Shown here piece after piece: positions 1 through 12,965 of a stretch of 64,000 bases of DNA (position 1 is the first letter of the stretch; each line of letters starts with the position of its first letter). This stretch comes from Laetmonice hystrix (Eukaryota): the NCBI GenBank assembly GCA_965235115.1, contig OZ249447.1, positions 9,672,001 to 9,736,000 of the forward strand, written 5' to 3'. The translations under genes and the position numbers were made by a program. Under the pieces are notes generated by a model, which worked only from the letters and a program-made list of their open reading frames with translations, ran no database searches and had not been told where the DNA came from.

Positions 1-50
1 GGCCGGGGGCCGGGGGGGCCGGGGGGCCGGGGGCCGGGGTCGGGGGCTGG
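1..50. repeat. G-rich low-complexity (GGCCGGGG)-type repeat, truncated by the window edge
   Basis: ggccgggggccgggggggccggggggccgggggccggggtcgggggctgg; multiple G-runs of 4 or more. Confidence 0.85.
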
Positions 51-1985
51 CATTAGGGTTACGGGCCCATACCCTGTATAATATTATAGGTTGTAGGTTC
101 CGGGTTCAACCTCGAGATACAGTACTTTCATTGTGCACACGACCCCTATTGTATGAATCGGGGGAAAAGTGAGTATGTATTAGTGAATATCATGAAGACA
201 CGGCTGGTAATACGGTCGACTTGCCCTCCGGCGGTCGGACATCTGACTCGATCAATAACTCTCAGAGTTAAATAACCAGGTATTCACTCTCTAAGATCAG
301 CCGAGGTGAAAGTTCTAGTCTACAAGTCAGTTTGTTTCATACACAGTGCTGTTCTTGTTCCGACGTGGTATCGAACTGTTCATTAGTAGTTAGGAGACCC
401 ACACGAGACGTACACCAGACAACATGTTCCAGTCGAAGGCAGACCATGGCCAGAGTCGCGTGCTGCACGATTATCATATCAAATGGCACTTACAGTTAAA
501 GATTTTTTTAATCAATTGATGCAGTCGCAGCAACAATCAGTTAATCTGGTGTGGTAGGATCTTTTAATGAGAACTACCAAACACGAACTGGTGTGGATAA
601 CTCGGCCTACTTACTGAGCCAAGTGAATGACTCGGGGTCGTTCTTCCTTCTCAAACCCACTGGACCATGTACACCTGCTGTGTCAAACAGCTAACTATTG
701 CACTGCCATGTATACCGCCGGCAAACTATATTATAACTCGTATATCAATAAGTACACACCATTCCTTTAGATCTTTAAAGTAATTCAGTTTTCGAAAAGA
801 ATATGTAAGATTCTATTCATGTGGTGAATCATCTCACTTGGCTTTTCTTATAAAAAAGAAATCCTTTCACAGGTGTAAGTTAACGACAGGAAACCCCATG
901 GCGATCACCACTACTATACAAGTGACTCTGTTTCGGACTGAATGGGAAGGCAAAAATATTCGTTCCAACCAAAGCCAGCAGGGCACGACTTTAATGTAGG
1001 TCAGTCCTAAAGGCACCACGCAGTGATTTGGATCACGAGGACTTGTTTTCTATGAATAAAACATTGGACAGTGACAATAGTTGGAGCTCAAACGTTGGCG
1101 ACTTTGGTAAACGGAGATTTCACCGCTCAGCTGGAATATACACCGGTTCATCGCTACAATAAATCCGTTATCCAGCGGTATACCACTTTTTATTTCCAAA
1201 ATAAATGAAAATGAATGATAGTGGGAGAAGTCTCAAGTATGACCTTGGCTGACCCTATAACACCTAACCCAGGAAACGTTAATCGGTAGTGACCATTGCT
1301 TGAACTTGAACGTTAGTCTTCAGACCGATGCTCCAAGATGAACTGATCAATGAGATACTTTCATGATTCACTGGGCCATAGACGGGTTCGACCTTTTCCA
1401 TTTGGGCCAAGTGGGTGTCATCTCTGGTTGTATACGTACAAGCAGGTGAGACAGACATACTGGGGCCAGGGTGTTTTGGTTCGTTCATGGCCTGCCATAG
1501 GCAGCAATGTATATGGATTAACACAACATGCAAGGGGTACAGACTGATATAGTATTAATTGGCCGTATGCAAGAACATTTTATGAAGTTAATCCCAAGAA
1601 TGGCTTAACTTACTATCTAGCCTAGATTTACGGTTGGGGACGTTTGGTAGTCATGTTTAACTGGATTCTATTGTGCTTGGCCAGCGAAATAAGGGTCAGT
1701 CTCCAAAAAAAAGAAACGGCTAGAAAACTCTGACTTTCTGCGAACTGAGAATAGGCGTAAATCCACAGATTGGGTTAATCTCGAGACTAATTACGTCCTT
1801 ACATCCGGCTAAATGTGTTTACTGCACTCAGCGTGTCATCAGACAAGACCTTTATTTACACGACAGGCGGAAAGCTAACGCGGTATGAGTTCAGATACAT
1901 TTGACTTTTTCTGAAAGTCACGCATACAGTACACACTGACATCATCTCTGTTAGTTCACGATAGATATAACCGAAACCTTGTGTA

Positions 1986-2070
1986 CTTTATGTGGACATA
2001 ATCTACTCTGGGCGGAGGTGACAATCTTTCTTTATGTGGACATAATCTACTCTAGGCGGAGGTGACAATC
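1986..2070. repeat. Direct duplication of 41 bp (period 44)
   Basis: ctttatgtggacataatctactct[g/a]ggcggaggtgacaatc at 1986-2026 and 2030-2070, one mismatch. Confidence 0.95.
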
Positions 2071-3070
2071 GTTCAGGCCCCCTTGTCGACTTAATAGAAA
2101 GTTAGACACACTGTACAGAAAGGTGGGGTTAATGGCTTGGATGATGCATGCCCTCTCGACAGGTTCAAGGATCGTTAGTGCCTTGCCAAAGTATCAAAAA
2201 AACAACACGGACACGTAGCGTTGAGCATAGCCCGCTAATCACTCGTGTAGACATTTTAATGTAAGGAGTGTTCACATAAAGGGTGAGGTATAATTTAGTG
2301 ATTAAACGCCTAATGAGGGAACGCATACGACAACACAGGGCACTCCGTCTCTTCTATAGATTGTGTGTGCCAAACAATTCTCCTGCCTCGTGTGTAATCA
2401 ACACACAATAGCAGGATCCCCGTTACTTAATCTACGCTTAGAATGTTCTCAGCTTGTCGGTACCTAAAGTAGTTGTTTATCCCTATGTAAACACACGACG
2501 TGATTTAGAATTCTAAAATGTTGTTCCTCTGCTTCAGGAACTACCTTTACATAGTGTAAGTCTAAGACGTTATTTATCTACGTCCTGGGTAGGGTTAAAC
2601 TAAAGCCGGTAATAAATACAGGTTGATGGTAATAAAACCTTCACACAACATCATAAGTTGTGTGGATATGTCTGTAGACTGACCCATATATTGGTATTAT
2701 GATACATGTGTGGGGGTTAGCGTACATGGTGAGGTATGAGGTGGACTCAAAGTTAAATACTTCATCTATACAACGATCTAAGGAATCCAAAATACAACGA
2801 TCTATACAAGGAATCCAAAAATACCGTCTAAGTCGGTCTTGTCGGTTAGACTCTATACGGTGGTATACATGTAATTATATTTGGTTTTAAATTGGCGGCA
2901 TACCTGTGAACCAATGATTCATGAAAGCTTAAAAAATACGTGTAAAAAATACGGTAAAACAATTAGAAAGAGTGCAGTGCTGAAAATGTGGCCTTTCATA
3001 CAAGTATGGAGTGCCAGTTTGAGTTACTCAGCTACGTGTAAGTGAGGTAAAGGCATACAAAGGAAGGCAC

Positions 3071-3507
3071 GTAACCGACGGGCTCAATCTTACCACCAAA
3101 CAGATACGTAACCCACGGGCTCAATCTTACCACCAAACAAATACGTAACCGACGGGCTCGATTTTACCACCAAACAGATACGTAACCGACGGGCTCGATT
3201 TTACCACCAAACAGATACGTAACCGACGGGCTCAATCTTACCACCAAACAGATACGTAACCCACGGGCTCAATCTTACCACCAAACAAATACGTAACCGA
3301 CGGGCTCGATTTTACCACCAAACAGATACGTAACCGACGGGCTCGATTTTACCACCAAACAGATACGTAACCGACGGGCTCAATCTTACCACCAAACAGA
3401 TACATAACCGACGGGCTCGATTTTACCACCAAACAGATACATAACCGACGGGCTCGATTTTACCACCAAACAGATACGTAACCGACGGGCTCGATCTTAC
3501 CACCAAA
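3071..3507. repeat. 37-bp minisatellite, about 12 copies
   Basis: Unit gtaaccgacgggctc(a/g)at(c/t)ttaccaccaaacagatac starting at 3071, 3108, 3145 ... 3478; head-to-tail with no spacers. Confidence 0.98.
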
Positions 3508-4409
3508 TAATGAAGTGTGGCCGTCAACAGATTCCACCCCCAGCCCCAACCCCTCCTCTGCCCAGCACCCGGCGAGGACCCAGCCAGTGAATGGATGGTC
3601 GGATTCACTGGTTTCATTAACTAAACCCACGTCTATGGAGTCTGACAAATTCCCCGTGTCAGCGGCTAATAATAATGACAAATTGTTTGGTCCGTGTGGT
3701 CCGAGTTATTCGCCGCCAGGAGGACTCCTTCCTAGGATCACTCCAGGATCTAGCCGGGCTTGCCGGGCTAAATAATCATCGCATAAATAGTCCACTCTCT
3801 CTTTGTCATCAATTGGTTGCGACTGAAGCGCCACGGGTGGCTGGAATTTGCACTAGTTTGACGACATTCTTAGGAGCGGGTGTTAACAAGGCAATTACAG
3901 CGTGTCCATGGATGATAGAAATGTCCTAATCGAGATGTCCTAATGTAATTGTAACCACGGGATGCCGCTGTAAACGATGATTTACTGACAGACCTTGCGA
4001 GTCAACTCTGTGGGTAATACCCGCTCCCGCTGACCCTCTCCATAATCTTGATGAATTGGCCAACTTGTCCCGGAAACTGTCTATTTAGCAGAAAAATATC
4101 GATGTCCAAGCTTGGCTTGCACACCTGCTGCGTCCTGAGGCAGCCAGACCTCGACAACCTGTTGCTTGTGTACAATCATTCTCTTCAGCTATTGACTAAG
4201 ATCCTGGAAACAATATAGTACGATAACCTTATTAAGTTCTTAGGGTTATCATATGAAATACATGTCAATACTATGAAGTTATTACAACTGTTCTCTCAGC
4301 CATTTTTTGCCCTTGTTAAGGAGCAACTTTGCGACACAAAAAGGATGTCGGTGATTAGAAACGGATTATCATTGCAAAATAACCACCCTTAACGAGAGGC
4401 ACTGGCATG

Positions 4410-4590
4410 GGCGGATCCAGGAATTATTTTGTTGGGGGAGGGGGGGGGGATCGAGCAAAACCATATTATTAGGTCAAGGTCAAAAATATATGATAAATAT
4501 GATCATAATTAGATGATAAAAATAACATCGTCCAGAATTTAGGGCGTGACGGCTGGAGCCCCCTTAGCCCCCCCCCCCCCCCGATCCGCC
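4410..4590. mobile_element. Small MITE-like element with GGCGGATC / GATCCGCC terminal inverted repeats
   Basis: Perfect 8-bp TIR at 4410-4417 and 4583-4590; poly-G near the left end, poly-C near the right end, AT-rich core; no coding capacity. No target-site duplication established. Confidence 0.5.
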
Positions 4591-5031
4591 AGTGTGTCGC
4601 TGCCATCCTATCACTTGCCGTGATCGCTAATAAATGCTGACCAACGGTCCCATCTCAAGTCGACCCCTGACCACGTCACAGTTGGTCGTGTTCGTTCACA
4701 TAAACCTAGCGTTCACCTGAACCCCACCTGAACCTGTGATACTGCTGATGGCGACACCTAGCGGGCTGAACACCAGGTTGTCCTTGTTAAATCCCTGAGA
4801 TACCCAGCATGGGGCCCCGGTAATGACGCCAGGGTTACGATGGTATACCTTCCCCTGGTGAGTTGGGAATAACTACACACTGACGAGGTAACCAACACTG
4901 ACACCCCCTGACTATCCTGGAGCCCCGCTGTGTGCTTTGTGACAGCATCCATTCCTACACCTACGTCCACTAATCATTAGTCGACCGACACCTGAAGCTT
5001 ACGGTGGGACAAAGGAGATGGCTAGTGTTAG

Positions 5032-5078
5032 ATATAATATAATATAATATAATATAATATAATATAATATAATATAAT
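5032..5078. repeat. (ATAAT)n microsatellite, about 9 copies
   Basis: atataatataatataat... read directly. Confidence 0.95.
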
Positions 5079-8000
5079 AAACACATGTGAATTGGGTGAA
5101 CCATGTATCCGAGTTAAAACATCCCAAAGCCAATAACAATATTTTTAGCTGAGTCGAACTTAGGACATATTAAGACATGCATCATTTAAGCACGGTCTGC
5201 GTTTGGAACCCTTAACAAGGTTGATTTCTTTGTATCTCAAATAATTAGCGGATTTGGGTCTACTATGGAAGCTTTAAAACGCTGGATTGTGAACGGAATT
5301 CATGAGCGGTCGTGATTACCCGCGGATGATCGTGTGGTTACACCTGTACCGTCTATTGTCGATAGAAATATCCTTGGCATGCCCCGGGTTCGATCTGGTA
5401 GGGGGCAGCACTGTGCCCTGTTTAGTTTTAAAGTGGCCGCTAGGTGTCATGTCTATCGCACCCGTTGCCTCCGGCAGCCGTTGCAGCGCGCCCAGATGTG
5501 AAGATCGCCGCAGTAGACGCCAACATCCCCCACCAATGATGGGAGTCAGGCTATTACTATAAGTCGACGGCAGCCAAGGGCCAATCTAATCACGTGTGGC
5601 TTGTTTTAGCCATCTCCGAGCCACTTTGCACACGCGTCTTGCTCAAGTTGCGCCAGACGGTGATCCAATTCGGCCTCCTAGAAATATAATAAAAGCTGGG
5701 CTCACTGAGAGATGCGCAGACTTGGTAAATTGGCGGCACTTTAAAAAAATCCGCATCGGAGACAACGGGGAAGGGGAACGGTGAATCATGTCATCAAAGG
5801 TCAGGTCATGCCCCCGTGGTTGACCTACAGGAAGGAGCGTTGAAAGATTATTCGTGTGTCCAAGTAGATCAGGTTTCAGGACAGGTGCTACGTGGCATAA
5901 TAAACCTAGTTTTTCCATGGTACACCGGCCGCTGTCCCACTGTCCCCGACCTGGGTGCCGGGAGCGGGGCGGACTGGAGTAAGGTTTTCTACTAGTAATT
6001 CACCCCCCTCTATTTGATACCTTGGAATAAATAAACATCCCTGAATTACAACTATTGTAATGAGGAGAACTGATTTGATTATGTGTAAACCTTGCCGACT
6101 TGAGACAGCGCTAAATGTGATTTACCTGCTCACTACAGACACGGTATAATGGATGACGTCTTGGATATAGAAGAGCTCTCCACATTTTCACCTCGCCGAT
6201 TGAATGGCTGTGTTTTCAAGTAGCAGATTTTATCATCATTAATCTTAACGACATGCTAAGGACACGAAGGCAGCACGGAATGGATGAGTTTACACGAGTA
6301 CCAGCTGCGTAGATTAGTTAGCTCATTGTGACACGCAACACGTGCAATGCACGGGCGCATTATGGCCAAAGCCAGACGTCATTTGAATGCAAACGAAGAG
6401 CAGCGTCTCTGGACTCATTTGTTCCAAGTGTTTTTACCTTCTCAGTCGAGATCGAGGTGGTATGGAAGCAGGATTTATTATTCGCTGCAGCAATGAGTAG
6501 GCCTACACACTTCTATGTCGCGCAGTCAAATTGTCATTTTTCCTGTCTCTGTTTTATGGCGTGTTTTCTCCCTTCCTTTGTTGTCATGTGTAGATCTACA
6601 CCTGAATGGTATGTGGTACATAACAGAAGTATATACGACCACTTGGCTGCTCCCTTGAGGGCAAGTGCATGCATGCAAGACCAGGTCCAAGCTTTCTCCA
6701 AGGAGGAGAGGCAGTTATTTATGTACAAGATTCCTAGTGCCCTAAAGGTAATTTCAGTACCTCAATCCAGGTTCTATTTACTGTTTTGTAAGGACACCCT
6801 GAGCGGAGTTTGTCAGACTGAACACACGGTCCCTATAGATCCGACCATAGAAGTATTATACTGACTAGAAAATACTAGTAAACATGTCCGCCCTTCTACC
6901 CGGAAGTCTTTAGAAAGGAGACAATAAATTATATCGTGACTAATCCTACACCGTAATTTATTTTTCACATTATTTAGGCCTAGATCAACTCCTGACAAAC
7001 AGGTGGAGAAAAAGTGCTTTTGGTATGGAAAAGACCTTTGCAGGTCTCTGAGCTAATAAACTCGTTCTAGGAAACACCTGGTCGCCAGGTCATTTATAAT
7101 TCGGTGTACATTTGGAGTCTGGATTAAAATGCGTAGTGTCGCTGATGTTTTCAATTCATGGCGTCGGTTTATAACATAGTCCACCGTGTGTAGAGGTCAG
7201 ACACAGAGGAGGTAGAGAAAGTTGGCCTCAATTCTACCATGTTTCCTCGTAAAATTCAAGATTTTGTTCTAATTTAGGCATAAGGGGCGGCGACCCCCCT
7301 CCCCCTTTCAATCATACATCATGTGATCTGTGATTGGCAGTCTCATGCGCAGACAGGAAATGGCACGTCGGGGCTATGACGCCCACCTCAGTATTTCACG
7401 CCATAATGTCGTCGTATATGCTAACGTCTCCTTTTGACATGAGTGTAAATGTTGAATTTTTCGTTTCTGATTCCTAAAGAACTATAGTATAGGGGCCTAC
7501 AGATAAACAGTCTACCAACGGTGGTGGTGGTGGGGTGGGGTGGGGCGGGTACTTACGTCAGACTCGTACGTCAACTCGGATCGTCATCATAGCAGCAGAC
7601 AATACACTCGGTGAAATGGGAAGAGTGTGTCATGGGATTTTGTTGGATATCTCTCGCCCCTCGCACCATTATGACGACGCATATAATGAGAGCCCTCCTG
7701 ATCACTCGGTTCTGACGACAACGTACGTTCTCACTCCCCCCTACATACCCCCACCCCCCGTGTGGGTAACAAAGAGATCGTGCTAGCCGTGGGTAGGGGG
7801 GGTAGGGGGGGGGGGCTTTTATTTAGAGTGACTGACAATATTCGCTTTTTGAGCCGGTGTAGCCGGGGAGAGCGTCACGCTATCATTACCTGTCGGTGGT
7901 GCCAAGATCTCTTTACGTTTTAGCCGTGCTGTGATTAGGACCACAGCTCGCCAGCGGCACCATCGTGAGCTGGGGATTAAGTACAATTACAAGGAAACCA

Positions 8001-11000
8001 TTCTGGCATGGAGGCAGCCGAGATGTAAGGCAGTATCATTCGCTAGTTCGCAAGGAACTAGCTCTGTGATTTTGATAGACATCTCATCGATTATACGTTA
8101 GGGCTTAAGGCAGTATATCCTTTGCTGTCGTTGGCGGTGTACCGCTATCCACGGTGCCAGATCTCCGTCCCCTGACCCCATGCACCCTGGGGTTCGAACC
8201 CGGGATCACGATCGCCCGTCTACTGACCATTATCGGGGGTCCTTTATGCTCACACGTCCTTGGACCGCGCCATCGCAGGCAGGAGCCTAATCCTCTATAT
8301 GGAGAACATGGATTCATATTAATAATATTAAAAGAGGGAGAGTCTGATAGGAGCGTGGCTGGTGTGGAGGAGATTTCCTGACTTAGGTAGTATGAGTGAG
8401 GATGACGACATGATGCCATGTCGGTCGGCCTTGGTGATCGACAGGACCTCTCCTCTCGGAGACCACCAAACGGAATCTGAACGAAATATATTACAGTCGA
8501 AGATCAAAGCTTTATCGAATATGATACAGGGATGAAGACATCGATCAGAAGTAAGGGGGGCTGGGGATGATGGATGACACAGCACCTCGGTGGTACGGGT
8601 GTGACCGGCAACCACCACTGCCGCACGGAGGGAGGTGGGCATCTCGGCGACTTGTGTCGTCAGACTCCTTGTCGCTGCCTCCCGACCTTGACCTCAGCCG
8701 CCAGGGGGCAGGCCGACCACCCACCATATGTAACCTTGTTAGTGGCATGTCGATCAGCAGCTGCAAACAATGCGACGGCCCTGGTCGTAATGACAGATCT
8801 GGGAGCAACCCAGGCAATGAGGGAAAACATATAATTGAAAGATTACAGAACGGTGGAAGTCGCGACGGAGGCAGCTTTCGGGAGGAACATCTCCGAGGTC
8901 AGGCTGCCCGGGGCGTTCGATAATGATCGGGGCCGAAGTCGACAGGCTAATCATATACTGTTGAAAATGACATTTCCTGGCTTAACTGACTGACCGCCGG
9001 GAAACCATTATATGGACCATGTTATTGATAATACCAGCGTGTTCTTTAACCGACCGTGATACGGAGCTTTGTGAGGCATGGCCGAACAAATAGATGGAAA
9101 TATAATCTGTTCATGATCTCCCTGAAACCAGGGGCACTGCATGGAGATAGACGTTCTATAGCTGATACGGTACTGGAGACGGGGAGAGAAACAATTTGAA
9201 CTCTCTACTGCTAGTAGAAAAAGGTAACTGAAGGAAAATAATAAAAATCTCAAAAAAGGGGAAGCATTCTGAGTAGACATGTAGTTCTGCCGCGCTGTAA
9301 GACCGTCGAATAGAGAGTTGAGGAAAGTGGTGGATTGTCACGTAGGTAAACTGTTACCAAGGGAACAAGGTGTTTTTATCCCATTAAAACCACCATGGCT
9401 TAATGTGGAAAAGCTGTCCTCCCTAAATTCAAAATGTAAAATGTTATGTATCGAAGGGGGATGGTCTTATTGATTAGGTTGGGCAAGATTGATGGTTCGT
9501 GGGCGACTAGATCCTCCCGGAAGACGAAATGGAGGTCGATAACACGGACTTTGCCACTCGTCTAATTACTGCCGGCATGGAAACGTGTTCGGGCGACCAC
9601 GGCCTAATGGAAATCCTGCAGGTTGAAGATATCCAGTGGCCTGTGTTAATTTAATGAAGGCTCCAAGTAACCCTCTAGGGCATGATCTAACGCGCCGCTT
9701 ATTCCTGGTCGCCCCTGTGCCCGCCGCTTGACACAGTGAAGGACCTACCTATAGCGGATCGGGTTGGGTGTCGGCCGACGACGTCCGACACTGGAGAGAG
9801 GGACTCTATACCCCGTCAAACGACTGACAGTACGACGTTAATCCTACAGAAGCCACGGCTCGACCTAAGTAACATCACTGTATCGATCACACTACGTTAG
9901 GATTAGGAACGACTCAACCTCGACCTTCTAATGTTCCCTCCTCCAGCCATCTCTCCAACCAAGCTGTCTCACCACTCGCTTTATAACAAAACCCAACTTA
10001 TATTTGGTCGCACGACCGACGGCACTGACCATGAGAACAAAACCAGTGTCTTCTTCATTCATCTTTTTTTTAATTGTTCTTTCCTCGGGAGAAAAAACGA
10101 AAACAGACTATGAAAGAGAAAGTTCCTTTCTAAACTATAGGACATGCTTGCCCGAGCATCGTGAAGCCATGTGTCTGTGAATGGTCGCGCAATCAAAGTA
10201 TAGTAATGGTCTACATGGGCAGCCTGGAAAGGTTTAATGTAGAATAAACCGTTCAGTTCGTGAATAAGAACAGAATAGCAAGTTTCTGTGTCCTGCACCT
10301 GTCTTGGAGACCGTGGGGGAGAATTATATCCATGCATGGTGGCGTTTCTCTAGCCATGCGACATAATCTATTGACTGTCGACATCACACACCGTACCTTG
10401 ATAAAGGAACGGGAATCAAATATACTTCGTCCCGCGATGCTCAATTCAGTGGGCGAAATTGAATGTATCCTGCGGCATGTTGATGAAGATAGGCGGCTCT
10501 GCAGGAAGGCCCGGGGAGTTCCTGCCTGTCATATTCAAACATTCGGTTCGATTGCTCATTTTATTTGATCATGGTCGCCATCAAGGGCATGATGTCGGCA
10601 CTGTCGGGCGGCAAGGGTCGTTCCATTGATGGTGAGGCGGGGATACTGAGTCGGTCTCCCCTGGGCCGCCCGGTTCTATTTGCCGGCCTCCTGGGGCGGG
10701 GTCTGTCGGGAACCTCATCCAGTGTCGTCATGGCTAATGGCTGACATCCAACTCCTGCGTCATATACTCTGGCAAACCTTTCACCAAGGACATGGAGCTT
10801 TCAAACGATTTGACAGACAAACGGAGATGTGGGAGGCTGACATGAACAAACCCGTAGATACAGTTTACCAAAGAACTACGTATGAATACGTCGTTTTTTA
10901 CCCTCGATACACAGCCATTCTAACTGTATCTGAGCCAAAGGATGCCAGAGTTGTTTTTCTAACGAATATGGATGTCATGCAGCACTCGTACGTCGTCGTA

Positions 11001-11287
11001 AGGGTTATACCCAGTGCCCCACCCCACCCCATTCCCATCCCGCACGCAGAAGGGACTAAAAAACACCAACTACATGTGTATGTGAGTTTCTTATTTACCA
11101 GAAAGTTTCACGCATCAAAGAACTCACCTCTTCTTTTTGCATGGCGTAGGCTCTTGGCCATGATCGATCGACCATCGTTCTCCAGTATCATATTTGAGTT
11201 TGTTTTCTGTTTTTTCTTTTTGCCGGGTTTCCCTATGCCCCAGCAATAACATGATAACGTGGAACCCCAATACGCGTTCTGACACTT

Positions 11288-12700
11288 CACAACTTTCTGT
11301 TCCGCTGCTAAGAGTGTGTTAATATTCCGTTTGATCCCAACGTCGAGATGGCGGTGTGTGTGTCTGTGAATGGTTAGGTTGTTCCCCCAGCAGGACGCCC
11401 ACAAAGTGAGACCAGCAACTTTCTGTTCCCCTGCCCCCTCCGTATATATGTTCTCCACCAACTGGCCGTATAGACAGAGCTCAGGATGTGATCATATTCC
11501 GTTTGATCCAGTGTCGAGGTGACGGTGTGTGTGTCTGTAAATGGTCAGGTTGTTCCCCCAGCAGGACGCCCACAAAGTGAGACCAGCAAACTTTACAACT
11601 TTCTGTTCCCATGCCCCCTCCGTATATGTTCTCCACCAATATAACTGGCCGTATAGAGACAGAGCTCAGGATGTCATCATATTCCGTTTGATCCAGTGTC
11701 GAGGTGACGGTGTGTGTGTCTGTAAATGGTCAGGTTGTTCCCCCAGCAGGACGCCCACAAAGTGAGACCAGCAAACTTTACAACTTTCTGTTCCCATGCC
11801 CCCTCCGTATATGTTCTCCACCAATATAACTGGCCGTATAGAGACAGAGCTCAGGATGTCATCATATTCCGTTTGATCCAGTGTCGAGGTGACGGTGTGT
11901 GTGTCTGTAAATGGTCAGGTTGTTCCCCCAGCAGGACGCCCACAAAGTGAGACCAGCAAACTTTACAACTTTCTGTTCCCATGCCCCCTCCGTATATGTT
12001 CTCCACCAATATAACTGGCCGTATAGAGACAGAGCTCAGGATGTCATCATATTCCGTTTGATCCAGTGTCGAGGTGACGGTGTGTGTGTCTGTAAATGGT
12101 CAGGTTGTTCCCCCAGCAGGACGCCCACAAAGTGAGACCAGCAAACTTTACAACTTTCTGTTCCCATGCCCCCTCCGTATATGTTCTCCACCAATATAAC
12201 TGGCCGTATAGAGACAGAGCTCAGGATGTCATCATATTCCGTTTGATCCAGTGTCGAGGTGACGGTGTGTGTGTCTGTAAATGGTCAGGTTGTTCCCCCA
12301 GCAGGACGCCCACAAAGTGAGACCAGCAAACTTTACAACTTTCTGTTCCCATGCCCCCTCCGTATATGTTCTCCACCAATATAACTGGCCGTATAGAGAC
12401 AGAGCTCAGGATGTCATCATATTCCGTTTGATCCAGTGTCGAGGTGACGGTGTGTGTGTCTGTAAATGGTCAGGTTGTTCCCCCAGCAGGACGCCCACAA
12501 AGTGAGACCAGCAAACTTTACAACTTTCTGTTCCCATGCCCCCTCCGTATATGTTCTCCACCAATATAACTGGCCGTATAGAGACAGAGCTCAGGATGTC
12601 ATCATATTCCGTTTGATCCAGTGTCGAGGTGACGGTGTGTGTGTCTGTAAATGGTCAGGTTGTTCCCCCAGCAGGACGCCCACAAAGTGAGACCAGCAAA
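11288..12700. repeat. 185-bp tandem array: about 6.5 identical copies preceded by one diverged, shorter copy
   Basis: Anchor atattccgtttgatcc at 11322 (diverged copy), 11494, 11679, 11864, 12049, 12234, 12419, 12604; the six identical 74-aa ORFs in the track have the same 185-bp period. Confidence 0.98.
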
Positions 12701-12965
12701 CACTTAATGCCGACAGAGGGCGCTGCGCCACGTGACCGGGCCCTCCCGCAGCAAACCACCAAATTGAATTGTATGAGTTCAGACAGGGCCTGATATGAAC
12801 ATGGACGCCGCGGCGTCTCCGCGCCATGCCGGACAATTAAAGTGGCCGGAACTGGCCGTACTCTGAGCTTGGACTCCACGGCTGCAGATGCCATCTGACA
12901 ATCCCTAGGGCGTGTCCAGTACGGTGATGTGATGATCAACCCCGTGTGATGATGAGGGGGGGGGG

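Noticed and set aside
3071-3507. 37-bp repeats as a CRISPR array
   Set aside because: Units are head-to-tail with no unique spacers, there are no cas genes, and the context is eukaryote-like. The same applies to the 29-bp and 48-bp arrays.
8175-8215. ggggttcgaacccggg as a tRNA T-arm (tRNA gene or SINE)
   Set aside because: Only the B-box-like motif is present; I could not build a cloverleaf or find an A-box at the right spacing.
6328-11249. The longest non-repeat ORFs (178 aa at 6328, 189 aa at 10680)
   Set aside because: No recognisable domain, atypical composition, non-ATG starts, and the 6328 ORF spans an apparent sense switch.
11541-12690. Six identical 74-aa ORFs as a tandem gene cluster
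   Set aside because: Each ORF overlaps the next and is simply the 185-bp period translated; there is no domain or expression signal.
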